Shown here: positions 50,921 through 63,547 of the stretch, piece by piece
Layout: each line of letters begins with the position of its first letter
Position numbering within the stretch: the first letter of the stretch is position 1
Assembly: GCA_050575255.1 (NCBI GenBank)
Contig: JBNZDD010013718.1
Location: forward strand, 1,000,429 to 1,064,428
Length of the DNA stretch: 64,000 bases
Direction of reading: 5' to 3'
From: Harriotta raleighana
Lineage: Eukaryota
Notes under the pieces: generated by a model
Told to the model about the DNA's origin: nothing
Database searches by the model: none
Seen by the model: only the letters and a program-made list of their open reading frames with translations
Made by a program: the position numbers and the translations under genes

Positions 50921-51085
50921 GAGTTTGCTGGGGAAGGCCTGAGGACACTGGTGCTGGCCTATAAGGATCTGGATGAGGATTACTTTGAGGAGTGGTTGAA
51001 AATGCATCATCACGCCTGCATCTCCCTGGAGAACCGAGACGAGAAGCTGGCTGCCGTGTATGAGGAAATCGAACAGGACATGATG
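50921..51085 (+). CDS. ATP8B4: Coding exon 17 (EFAGEGLRTLVLAYKDL...YEEIEQDMM)
   Basis: gagcag| and |gtacgt; GLRTL motif. Confidence 0.96.
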
Positions 51086-51631
51086 GTACGTCTTTGCGAA
51101 AGACTTAATTTGTCAAATTAAATTACAGTTGCAACAACACCCGAGCTGAGCAGCCGCCAATAAAACAGCAGTGAACTGTGCCATTGGAGGAACTGGTTAT
51201 TGCAAGTGTACTCGGAGGGGGAGAAATTCTAATCCTTGCATGTGACACAGCGCTTTCCACGTCTTCAAAGCGCTTTCACAGAATGTACTGTAAAGTGAAT
51301 TGACTGTATATCGTGGGCGAAACGCGGTAGCTAATTGCGCACAGTGTCCAACAAAACAGTCATTGAAGATATATTGGTGACTTGTGTGTGAAGGTGCTTG
51401 GGTGGTTATCACTGAATAGTTTAAGTAAACCATTCCATTTATTTACATTTTGAAATACATGCCAGCAAGCACTTTGATAAGCCTTAGACTCACAGCCGAA
51501 ACTTTTGAAAGTCCATAAACATGAGTCATCTTGAGTTCTCACTGCTAAACATTTCGTAGAAATTGCAATATGAACCCATAAATATTTTTTCATTCCCATT
51601 CGTTTACATAATTCTCAATTTCTATGTTTAG

Positions 51632-51743
51632 TTACTTGGTGCCACAGCAATAGAAGATAAACTACAAGAAGGCGTTCCAGATACAATTGCCAACCTTTCA
51701 CTCGCCAACATTAAGATCTGGGTACTGACTGGAGATAAGCAAG
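51632..51743 (+). CDS. ATP8B4: Coding exon 18 ([19 protein letters not shown]...IWVLTGDKQ)
   Basis: gtttag| and |gtacga; EDKLQ and TGDK motifs. Confidence 0.97.
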
Positions 51744-52935
51744 GTACGAGAGCAAAAGCTATTTTCTCTGCTGAATTGAAAAGATTTGTACTCTTTTTCA
51801 CATCTGTTTTTAACCCCAATGTGAATCGACATGTTGATAATTAAAGCTCTCACTTTATACGTGACTGATCTCTCGGAACTACTTGAAAAGAAAAGGGAAT
51901 TTCTTTCTGGTGTCCTGGCAAACAGTCCACAAAATCGGATTATCTACTTTAAACTGATTTGTGCGATGTTGCTCTGCGCAAACTGGCAGCCATTTCATTG
52001 ATAGTAAATCTCACCAAGCGATTTTGAAACATCCTGCTGACATCAAAGGCGTTATACAAGTGCCGAGATTATTATTGTTATTTAACAGTGTGGATCGCAA
52101 GTAGACAGTGGAATAAGATTGAAGACAATGGTAAAGCAAATGATTTTCTCTGCATTGTTTGGCTTGTTTTTTGGAAGTATTATGATGGTATCTTGCCAGC
52201 TGGACATCTATCAAGGGAACATTCCTCTTGCCTCTTACAGCCCTTTAATCATTTGGAGAAGAGTCTTCTGAGGATTGGGAAAGACATGTTATAAAAAAAA
52301 ATCACCTTTACAGTATATATTAAAAAAAAGCAAATCAAACATATTGCGATCGGGAGTCACGAACAGTAGTAGTTTTTCCTCAGGCACCAGATGTTTTATT
52401 ATTAATAATAATAAATAAATAATCATTGCATTTGATATAGCGCCTTTTATATCAAGAGGACGTCTCAAGTTCAGCGGGACCTGGCTGGTAGGATTGTCGG
52501 AGGTGCTGTCCTCTGAATGGGATGTTAAACCTGATCAGGTGAACTTCAAATATCCCCTGTCGCTATTCGGAAAGGAAGGGAGATGCTCCCTGTGTCCTTC
52601 CTGACAATCCCCCCAAAATAATCGGCATTCACTTCATGGATGTTTGTGGGAAACAGCTGTGCGCAAGTTGTCCACCCTACCATATACGCAGTGACTACGC
52701 GTTACAGTCAATCCTGTGAAGCGCTTTGAGAACTGCAGCCGAGCTGATAATGTCACCCTGAGGAAGCTGAGACTATACAGCTAGAGCAGGGGGAGGAGGC
52801 TGGTGTACAAACCAATTCTTGAGTCATTGTTGAAGCAGAATTGCTTATCCAATATTAAGAGTGTAACAAGATGTAACCTGATGTAGATAGGACATGGACT
52901 GAATAGATAGGCTTCATGTGTGATGTTCAGGATAT

Positions 52936-53258
52936 TGGAGTCCTGGACTCCTGGAGCTCAGTGGTTAGAGCACTCACCTTGGAAGCGAGAGACCTGGGTT
53001 AGATTCCAGGCAGAGCGAAACCTTGGGCAAGTTTCCTTACTCCACACCCACGCCTGATAATAATCGCTTGAGGAAAAAAAAACAATAGTAAAATTGGTCA
53101 ATTCAATCCACGACTGTGGGACACTGCTGTGCGCAATTGGCTGCCGCGTTTCATCCACAAATATACAGTCAATTCACTTTACAGTATATTCTGTGAAGCG
53201 CTTTGAGATGTCTAGTAAATGTGAAAAGCGCTATATCAACTGCAAGGATTATTATTTT
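52936..53258 (+). mobile_element. tRNA-derived SINE, full length, young
   Basis: Close to the consensus throughout. Confidence 0.88.
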
Positions 53259-53827
53259 TACATTGAACTGTGACAGCTTTTCTAGTGTGTGTTGACCCAT
53301 CTACAAGGTCAGGTTGTCTATGTACCCATTGCAGGGCATTACATGCCTTTTATTGGGCCTAGAGGCTCGATATACAATACTATACTATACATGGAATCTT
53401 TTCTTTTCCAGGTACAGTAATTGATTAATCGAATCTCCCTCGGGAAAACAATTGTTAAAATTCCGAAACCAAACCAAATAGAGCATGCGTGCGTGCAGTA
53501 GAAAATTAAGAATATAACTATAACCTTAAGAGCCATAAGATACACATCTGAGGGTCTGATACACATCAGATATACACAGATATACAGGGAGAGGGGAACG
53601 GAAGACTATGGGAAGGGTAGGGATTGAGTGGAGACTTATGTGGAGTATAAAGACACCAACGGCCTGGATTTGTTGGGCCAAATGGCCTGTTTCTGTGCTG
53701 TACAATCCATGTAAACCTAAGCACATTGTTTGGCGGCTTTGAAGATAGGGGTTGGTTGCTTGTTGCTGGATTGCTTCTCACCTATTCCCCATTCTCTCTC
53801 TCTCCCCCTCTCTCTCTCTCCTGACAG

Positions 53828-53933
53828 AGACGGCAGTAAATATTGGTTACTCCTGCAACATGTTGAGAGACGACATGAATGAGATTTTCACAGTTTCGGG
53901 TCACACAGCTCTCGAAGTGCGTGACGAGTTGAG
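53828..53933 (+). CDS. ATP8B4: Coding exon 19 (ETAVNIGYSCNMLRDDM...VRDELR)
   Basis: (CT)n tract, ctgacag| and |gtaaaa. Confidence 0.96.
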
Positions 53934-54808
53934 GTAAAACACACATTGATTCACACCGTCTGAGGAGGGCAGGTCAGGGGTGAGGGAGGTTGGGATGGGG
54001 GGTGGGGGGAAGGGAAAGGAAATAGCAAAAACATGGAGACATTGAGACGTCTAGTAGACGCGATAAGCGCCATATCAAATGCAAGGATTATTATTATATT
54101 CTTGCATTTGATATAGCGGCTTATCGTAATGCTGAGACAGTCTCAAAGCGCTTCTCCGGGTACACTGTAAAGTGAAGTGACTGTGTATTCTGCGGGCACT
54201 GCCGTCAGTTTGAGCAGAGCTGGGTCCCACAAACAGCCACGGGGCGATCGAATGACCGATTTGGGATGTTATCAGTCAAGACACCGACCAGTAAGGAGAA
54301 ACTGTCTTGTGTTTTGAATAGCGCCAAGGGACAAGGCAGACAAGGAACTCGGTTTAACATCCGTAGGACAGCACAGTCTGACAATGCAACACACCCCTCC
54401 AGCACTCCATTGGAGTGTCAGCTTAGACTATGTGATGCTACGTGGCAATGCAAGAATACAATGAAGAACTCTGAGACGCCGTCTGGAGTGGAGGGCGCTA
54501 TATAAACCAAAGTTGTTGTTGTTGGTGATTAGTATTGCTTTGGGGATATGGAACGGAGCATTTCCCTGAGAGATAGAATAATTGAGAGCGCGATCTTTGC
54601 TAGGACAAGTTAGGCAAACTTGATGAGGAGTACGACCTTCCTTCAGTCCCTGACTTTTGATGCTCTTTTATGCTTAAGGTGCACCGGCATAGCTAATAAC
54701 AGGAAGAAGAACAAGACGCACAGGGCTATCTGTGTTAACAGCACACCCGTTGACAGAGCTTGTCTTAAGGAATAGCTAATCTTTCGGGAACCTATTTTCG
54801 TGTTCCAG

Positions 54809-54953
54809 GAAAGCAAAAGAACGAATGACGGGGTCGAGCGAAGGCCTGTGCAATGGACACCACTCTGAGAAAACGGAGGCTTCGAAATTTGAGTCAGTGA
54901 TTGAGGAAACGGTGACCGGAGACTACGCACTGATCATGAACGGTCACAGCTTG
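54809..54953 (+). CDS. ATP8B4: Coding exon 20 (KAKERMTG...GDYALIMNGHSL)
   Basis: gttccag| and |gtaaat. Confidence 0.94.
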
Positions 54954-55124
54954 GTAAATGCCGCTCTTGCCCTACAGCCAATGCTGCGAATACCCCTTTA
55001 CATTTCTATGTCCCGGTGAATCAACCAGGTGTAAGTGAGCTCAGCGTTGGCATTGGTTTCCCACTAAATTCTGTGAAGTTTCATGGTGCGTCTATTAATT
55101 GTGTGCTCAGACTCGCTTTAATAC

Positions 55125-55366
55125 TACTAATAATAATCCTTGCATTTGATATAGTGATTTTCGCATCTTATCGACGTCTCAAAATGCTTCACAGAATATA
55201 CTGTAAAGTGAATTGACTGTATATATGTGGACGAAAAGTGGCAGCCAATTGGGCACAGCAGTGTCCCACATCCAGTCATGGATTGAAATGACCAATTTTT
55301 ATTATTGTGTTTTTTTTGGAGGGATTATTATAAGGCGTGTGGCGTAAGGAAACTTGCCCAGGGTTT
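55125..55366 (-). mobile_element. tRNA-derived SINE lacking its head
   Basis: Reverse-complement body and tail; similar partial copies at 19210-19455, 30505-30785, 31811-31980(+), 51230-51365 and elsewhere. Confidence 0.8.
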
Positions 55367-55589
55367 CTCCAGTGTAGCCAGTCTCACAAGATTGTTTCAG
55401 ATGTAGAAGGCTCTTCATTTGATCTCATCTTTCCCAAATAACCTCCCTAACTGTATTCACATTGCAATATCAACCTGGTTCTCAAATGAGTCCCAACAAC
55501 CTGGCCTCAACCATCCTTCAATTCGTTAATTACCCTCCTGGTGAATAATTAGCTCCAATCTTTAAATTGCCCTTTTTTGTTATGTTGAA

Positions 55590-55860
55590 ATCTAGATGTT
55601 TCAGATCGCTTCACAGAATATACTGTAAAGTGAATTGACTGTATATTTGTGGGTGAAATGCGACAGCCAATTGCGCACAGTAGTGTCCCCACAAACAGTC
55701 GTGGATTGAAATGACCAAATTGTTATTGTTTTTTTCAAGAGATTATTATCAGACGGGTGAGAGTAAGGAAACTTGCCCAAAGTTTCGCCCTGCCTGGAAT
55801 CGAACCCAGGTGACTCGCTTGCGAGGCGAGTGCTCTAACCATTGAGCTACAAGATTCCAC
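55590..55860 (-). mobile_element. tRNA-derived SINE abutting the exon 21 pyrimidine tract
   Basis: Reverse-complement head GTGGAATCTTGTAGCTCAATGGTTAGAGC...GGTTCGATTCC ends 33 nt before the exon. Confidence 0.85.
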
Positions 55861-55893
55861 AACTCTCTCTCTCTCTCTCTCTCTCTCACACAG

Positions 55894-56077
55894 GCCCACG
55901 CGCTGGAAGCAGCACTGGATCAAGAGTTCCTGGAGACAGCGAGCATGTGCAGAGCAGTTATTTGTTGTCGAGTCACACCATTGCAGAAAGCCCAAGTGGT
56001 CGAGCTTGTGAAACTGTACAGGAAGGCGGTCACGCTGGCGATAGGGGATGGGGCAAATGACGTCAGCATGATTAAAA
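55894..56077 (+). CDS. ATP8B4: Coding exon 21 (AHALE...[10 protein letters not shown]...[13 protein letters not shown])
   Basis: (CT)n cacacag| and |gtaagc; GDGAND motif. Confidence 0.97.
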
Positions 56078-56197
56078 GTAAGCTGAGGACTTCTTGTTCT
56101 GACGCCTTGGTGTCCGGATCCATTGTTAATGTTCAGATCGCTACTGTGCAATGCGTTAAACGAACACAGCCACTTACTCTGATTCCTCTCTTCACAG

Positions 56198-56421
56198 CTG
56201 CACACATAGGAGTGGGCATCAGTGGCCAGGAAGGAATGCAAGCGGTTCTGGCCAGTGACTATTCAATCGCACAGTTCAGATATCTCCAGCGACTCCTGCT
56301 AGTCCACGGGAGATGGTCCTACTTGAGAATGTGCAAATTCCTCTGTTACTTTTTCTACAAAAACTTTGCATTTACCCTCGTGCACTTCTGGTTTGGTTTC
56401 TTTTGCGGGTTCTCCGCCCAG
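56198..56421 (+). CDS. ATP8B4: Coding exon 22 ([16 protein letters not shown]...[24 protein letters not shown]), TM5
   Basis: ttcacag| and |gttagt. Confidence 0.97.
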
Positions 56422-57954
56422 GTTAGTAAACGGCGATAGCGTGTGGCTCCTCATCATCCGGGACCTCCTCCCAAAACATTTTCTTCCCCGCTGTCTTGAC
56501 CGACAATCCGCCACACAGGATTAGTCGCTCACTCCCTGGCTGTTTGAGGCACATTGCTGTGCGCAAATTGGCTGCTCCCAAAACACACAATCGCTGCACT
56601 TGACATTACGTCCTGTGAAGTGTTTAAGGATTCTGATTAAAATTATTACTATTATTAGAGCTATTATTGCTATTATTAGCCAGTGGCAAAGTTCAATTCA
56701 GCTGCATCAATTGGGATCTCTTGAAAAATAATTCACTTTATTTTCCATTCACAAGGATAGTTGGTCCAAAACAGTGAACGTCCAGCATCTCAGGACATCC
56801 TCCTGATGTGAAAGGAGCTATTACAAATGTCATTGTGTTGTTGTTGCTTATTCGGGACAATTGTAAGCTTACGTTCTGTGTCATTATTGCCCGTAGCACT
56901 GTGACCCACAAAGTATTTTGACTTGACAGAAGCCGATGATGTGTTATCAACAACCCCTTGCATTTTTCTGAGTATTAAACGGATCTGCTAATCGCGAACA
57001 AGCGCTATTAGCATTTAAAAGCTATTTGTTTTAACAAAAATTAGCCGCTTGGAACAATCTGTTTTGGTCATCTTCAATTTTTGCACATAATACGAAAAGG
57101 TTTTAATATCCATAATTCTATTCGAAAACCAGAACCCAGAGGGATTTGCTTCAAGGCCCTATTATATTGAAATGGCAATGAAGTGTCTCGAAATCTCACA
57201 AAGGGAACTGTTCAGTTGATGGAATAGTTATTTATAGAATCAATTCATTTGTTTGAGGAAATACACTGCGCGTCTTAAGCTTTGAGATGAGATCCAAAAC
57301 TATGGCAATGTGAATCTTGCCAAATCAAGCCAAGTTAAGACTGCTTGATACAAGGTTCTCAAAATATGTTTCCAAGAACGTGTAACTCTCTTGGAAAGAT
57401 TTGTTTTCGATGAGACGATTTGCAGTTTCTCAGTATTACTGTTTTTTTAATGTATTTCCAGTTCCTGTAATGAAGGTTTTAACACAAATGCAGGATTTTA
57501 ATTTTTTTAAATTAATATTTTCATTTGCAAACTGTTGGCTAGGAATTGCACCCAGGGTTAGATTTATTCTCTCCATGTACCATTTCAGACCGTTGCAGAA
57601 ATTGGCAAATTGTTGAGTTCAGTTTTAACTTTGAAGGTTGTGTTTTATGCAGTTAAGTTACAGAGACAACAGCTTCAAACATTAAAAGCTGTCCTTGAAG
57701 AATTCTTAACATTTTGTCCAGCGCCTTGGGATGTCCTCCCGATGCGAAAGGCACTATACAAATATAATTTTGTTGTTGTTGTTGTTGTTGTTGTTTTAAA
57801 TGCCATCTTAATAGAGGAAATCTAAACCCGGGTGGAATCTCTACCCATAGATACCTTACTCTAAAGATTGTGAGCTTCACATCTTCTGTTGTTGTTATGA
57901 GTGTAAAGTAATTAAGTTTTTAAGAAGTTTTTTTCACTTGTTTTTTTCTTCCAG

Positions 57955-58038
57955 ACTGTTTATGACCAATGGTTTATTACCTTATACAACATAGTTTACA
58001 CTTCTCTTCCTGTCCTGGCCATGGGGATATTTGACCAG
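57955..58038 (+). CDS. ATP8B4: Coding exon 23 ([28 protein letters not shown]), TM6
   Basis: cttccag| and |gtaaat. Confidence 0.97.
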
Positions 58039-58651
58039 GTAAATAAACTTCACTGTGATTAAATTCAGTGACGATTATTTAAAAGTCCCAGTTTGGTTCA
58101 AACATGTCTCCAAAATGTCTCCTGCATTCATTTGCTTCCAAAATACGCAACCACTAACCAAACTTTACAGTAAAATCCTGTGAAACACTTTGAGGCATCT
58201 TCCCTCTGTGAAAGACGCTGTATCAAACGTTCTAATTTTATAACGTTGCTGCTAAATGTGGAGTCCTGTAANCCAAAATGTCTCCTGCATTCATTTGCTT
58301 CCAAAATACGCAACCACTAACCGAACTTTACAGTAAAATCCTGTGAAACGCTTTGAGGCATCTTCCCTCTGTGAAAGACGCTGTATCAAACGCAAACGTT
58401 CTAATTTTATAACGTTGCTGCTAAATGTGGAGTCCTGTAACATATTTGTTAATCGGGCCACGGATGTTTGTGGGACATGGCTGTGTGCAATTATCTGCTG
58501 CGTTTTGCCCACACAATATACAGTCAATTCACTTTACAGTATATTCTGTAAAGTGCTTTGAGATGTCTCGGAAGACACGATAAGGTGCTATATCCAATGC
58601 AGGGATTACTATTATTATATAATAAAGATGTTTTAACGTGTCTTTTCATAG

Positions 58652-58897
58652 GATGTGAACGAACAGAAAAGTATGGAGTATACTAAACTGTACGAGCCTG
58701 GGCAGCTCAACCTCTTGTTCAACAAGCGAGAGTTCTTCATCTGCATTGCGCAAGGAATCTACACCTCCATCGTCCTTTTCTTCATCCCGTACGGAGCATT
58801 TTATCACACTACAAGAGAGGACGGGACCCATCTCTCGGACTACCAGTCATTTGCTGTTACTGTAGCCACGTGCTTGGTGATTGTGGTCAGTTTACAA
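58652..58897 (+). CDS. ATP8B4: Coding exon 24 (DVNEQKSMEY...VATCLVIVVSLQ), TM7-TM8
   Basis: tttcatag| and |gtaagt. Confidence 0.97.
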
Positions 58898-59344
58898 GTA
58901 AGTTCGGTCTGATTTTAAAAGATCTTCTGAAGAGTCTCGTTCCTTTTCGTTCAGCCAGGCACAGACATTTCCACTTGCCAGGAAAGGTGGTTGAGGCTGT
59001 AACTTTGGACTTCTGCCCTCCCCCACTTTCTCCCTCTCTCCCCCCCCCACCCCCCCCAGCCATTCAGGAGATAATGAGGTCAATCATGTAACGGAATCGG
59101 ATCACTAAGAATAGAAGGCTTTCTGTTATTTCTTTATAATGAGATTTTAAAAAGTCGTAATGAAAAGGTAACTATTTTCAGCAACCATCTAAGCACCAGA
59201 GCTCCCTGCAATGTGACAATCCACCCTAGACTTTGTCCCATGCTTCAGCTGTGATGTCGATCCTCTATTCCGTTCTCTGGTACTCCATCCCAGACCCTTT
59301 TCTGACCTGCTCGCTCCCTCCCTCACCCCTTTCAATGTCCGTCT

Positions 59345-59870
59345 CAACAACAACAAAATTACATTTGTACGGCGCCTTTCAAGTCAGGAAGACGTCCCAA
59401 GGTGCTGGACGTTCAGTGTCTCAGACCTGAGCTTGGGTCTGGATCGAGGAGGGTGGAGAAAGGGGAGGGAAGGGAAGGGATGGGAAGGGGGTTGATAGAT
59501 AGCACAGTCAGAAGAGGAGAATCTTGAGGTGGGAGGCTAGGGAGGGGTTGCAGGATGGAATTCCAAAGGTTAGGGGAGAGTGGCTGAAAGTTTGCCCACA
59601 ATGTTGGGGTGTGTGGGTTGGGGGAACTTGGAGCACACTGAATGGAGGGAGTGGACATGTTGGTAGGGGGTTAGGGGATTCACAGAGGTGAGGTGGGGTG
59701 AGGCCATGGATAGTCTTGAAGGAGAAGACCAGGATCTTGAATCAAATCCTTGTGTGTGATGGGAAGCCAGTGGAGTCGGGTGAGAATGGACGTGATAGGT
59801 TGGCGGAGCTTGGTATGGGAGAGGACACGGGCTGCAGTGTTCTGGATGATCTGCAGCCTATGGAGGGAGG
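59345..59870 (-). mobile_element. Degenerate L2 LINE 3' fragment
   Basis: (AAC)n aaattacatttgt tail and body collinear with 1989-2560. Confidence 0.7.
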
Positions 59871-62800
59871 AATTTTATAATGTCTCAAGAGGTGTCTTTC
59901 ACCACACTTTTGGTTATATTCCACCTTCCTGGGTGCTTGGGTTCCAGATGTGTGAAGCGCTTTGAGACGCCCATCAGTATGAAAGCTACTGATTAAATGT
60001 AAAATGTAATAGACTGGATGCAGTGCAAGAGATACTACAGCATCAAAAAAGGCCAATTGGCTGCCACGTTTCACCCACAAAATACACGGTCAATTCACTT
60101 TCCAGTGTATGCTGTGAAGCGCTTTGAAATCACTTGATCAGGAGCTTTATCAAATGCAAGGATTATTCTTCTTATTATTATATTCACCCAACTTGTCACC
60201 ATTCATCCAATGTTAACTGAATTCTGGGCAGGCTCCGTAGTTGTGTATTTTAACAGTTGATGGCTGCAGAACCCTTGATAAGAGAATCTGTGAGCTTCTG
60301 CTCGCTTGCCCTTAATTGTTCTAGGGACGCAAAATTGTTTTTCCTGCCTGATATAACGGTCACAGAGTAAAGGAAGAGAAGAAAAGGCCAGTGACTGGGG
60401 AAGAACTATTGATTTTACCCCCCCCTCCTCTCTCTGTGATGGCTGGTTTGCTCAATCTTATGCGGACAATTGAAATGCAACAAGAAAGAATCTTTCGAGC
60501 AGCTGATCAAAATGTACAGCTTGTCCTTAATGCAATTTACAGGATTGGCTCCATGCCCACCCACACTGGTAACATCAACATTCAACTGTGACCACTCTTT
60601 GAACTTTGAACATGTTTGCTTTACACACACCAGATACACGGAGGCACTCACACACAGACACACATGCATATACACACACACAGAAGTAATTGTATCTTCT
60701 GGCTCGACGTATGGACACATCAACATTTTTAGATGTAGAGAAAACTGCGTTGTAAAGTTTCAGACGTGCTGCGCGTTAATGGAAAGGTTGGCTGTAGATA
60801 AGAGTGTTCGGGTCATAGCCGGAGATGATGTGAAGCTTTGTACAGTAGTTACAAAGAGAGACTCGGAAACTGAATTTGTCTTCGTTAGAGAAAAGGGGAT
60901 TGAGAGGCGCTACGATCCATGGCTTTCAGTGTTCAGGCGTATGATTCACACACATTGGCCCAAATCACAGTGAAGTTTAGAACATAAACAGCACAAGAAA
61001 TCGCCCAGTGGTGGGCTCCTTCATATAGCAACACTCTTGTCAAAACTAATGAGTACTGTTTGATGCCATCGCCTCTTAACTATGTAAAGCTTCAGTTTCC
61101 CAGTTTGTCTACAAATACCTTCACACCCTGACTCCTCCCCTACCTGCTTACTCTACCGTCCGCCACCTCCGCTCAGCTGTCTCTAACCTCCTGTTTATCC
61201 AACACCCTGTCCCCTCCATCGTTGGTGGCCTTTCGTTCAACCACTACCCCTGGAAACTTTGGAACTCTCTCTCGATCTGCCTTGCCCTCTTCCTCCCTTT
61301 TACAGATAAGACCTCAGGATCTTCCTCTTACATTCAAATCCCCCTCCCTTGGAGTGACGTCAGGCTCCGGCACTGATAAGCATTCCCAAGACACTACTAC
61401 GCAGGTTGCTGATATAAATCCAGGCAGAATAGTAAGTGGTGGGTGGGAACTGGCAAAATAGGCTAAAATATTAGGTTATTAGTTATGAGGTAGAATAACA
61501 AATTAACAAAAACGACAGTAAATAAAAATCACATAACTAATCGAATTGGTCCGGCATGTATTCTAAGTGTTTTCTAATGAAATCTTGCTCTATCGGTATG
61601 GCTAGCAGCCAACAACGCTTTGAAACGCTGTCCTGTGTGAGAGGAGCTATACAAATGCAAGTTTGTGGTTGTCATTGATAAATCGTGCGCGTTGGCTTGG
61701 GGGGAGGGAGAAAATCTCAGTGTTTTTCAAATGAAAGGAGGGAAGGGAGACAGAGCCACAAAACCAAGCCTAAAATAGGGAGTGGAGCGACCAGGGCAAA
61801 TAGGATATTGATCATAAACATGGATTGTGACCCGTGGCGCCTCACAAGAGGGCTTTTTCGTACTGTGATGGATCTGAGGTATCAAAACGCTATACAAGTC
61901 AATAAGCTATTATAGGGCTACCCATCATTTCCCTGTATCACCTGCTGAAGACAGTTGCTTTTAAGAATGTATTTACATTTATTTTATAAGAATTATTAAA
62001 CAAATGTAATAATCCGTGCCTTCTATATAGCGCTTTTCACATCAGGAGGATGTATCATAGCTCTTCAGTGTAAAATGGAGTGGCTGCGTATTTTCTAGAT
62101 GGACGCAGCAGCCAGTTGCGCACAGCGGTGTCCCACAGATAGCCACCGATTTCATGTATCATCCAAAGAACATCCGTGCAGACACCCTGCACTGCACAGC
62201 CTGGTGAGATACATGTCAGGGGAGAAATCCATCATGATCTACATTTATTGTGTTAACCTTGTGTTTCACACGCGCCCAGAATTTTTTTACAAAGACTTGA
62301 ATATTGTACAGTCTTCATTTTGAAGCCAGACTAACAGGGCTACCACCTACATTCCTTTAATCTCTGCGGTAACCAAATTTTAGCAGCTGTTTGGTTGAAT
62401 TTGGAACAAATAAGAGATGTGACTTCTGTATTTCACAATCAAATCTCTTGGTTCATTTCCGTTATGAATTCTGTGCTGTTGGTCAACGAAAAAAGTGACG
62501 GATTTCTCGTTTGTCCGACCTTAATAAAAAATGAAAAATATTCTGAACCGACGCAGATTTTCTCCCACTGGCGGAACGTGTAGAAACTCTTTTGTTTCTG
62601 ACCATAAAATAGTACCAGGCCACAGGGGGTTAATCTCCGTTGTTGGATGTGCCTTGTGTTTGCGCTGGTGGACAGAGAGAGAGCTATTTGCTGGAGATTG
62701 AGAGCAATTCACAATCTTGATGATGGAGCATCACCTGGTGGACAACATGAGATCCTACAGAGGAAAGGATATTATTTTGCATCCTTGTGAAAACAGTACC

Positions 62801-63408
62801 TCTTTCAGCCAGAAGTACAACAATCCTTGCATTTCACATCACACCTAATCACCTTATCACAATGGCAGTATCCCACAAACAGCCGTGAGGAGAATGACCG
62901 GTTTTATCTGGGGGATTGTTGGATAAGGGCATCTGCGAAGAGAGAAACTCCCACCTCTTTTCAAATGGTTCAGTGGGATCTTTTAACGTCTACTTGACCA
63001 GGCGGGTGGGACCTCGGTTTAAGCCGTTGGGTGGATTGTTAAAGGCAGTTTTCTGTATATTAAAAACAAACCCGTTTTCTTTCAGGGCCTATAGAAAATA
63101 CACCATTTTTTAATTTAAAAAAAATGAACAAAAAAGAAAATAATACTTCAGTCAGGCTTCATCGGCCACAAGACGTTACTCTTGTGTTGATTGACTTGGG
63201 TTTCCCCGACGAGAGTGCCCAACTGATCACTGTTCAGATCGACCTCTATGAGCGCACAAGATAGTTTGGAGGGGCTGCGATGGAGGGATAGCCTCCATTA
63301 CATCTAATTCTATTGAAATCTTTCCTAGCTGTTCACAACAAGTAGAATTAGCATCAATTAAGGATTAATGCAAATAAAACCTAGATTATTTTTTGATTGT
63401 CTTTACAG

Positions 63409-63547
63409 ATTGGCCTTGATACCAGCTATTGGACAGCTATCAATCACTTTTTTATATGGGGCAGTGTTGCTATCTATTTTTGTATCCTGTTTGCAATGCA
63501 CAGCAATGGCCTGTTCCAACTATTTCAAAACCAATTTCCATTTGTAG
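63409..63547 (+). CDS. ATP8B4: Coding exon 25 (IGLDTSYWTAINHFFIWGS...NQFPFV), TM9
   Basis: ctttacag| and |gtaagt. Confidence 0.96.

Noticed and set aside
58110-58440. Direct repeat of about 160 bp
   Set aside because: Split by N at 58272; copies differ by SNPs and a 6-nt indel, consistent with two haplotypes.
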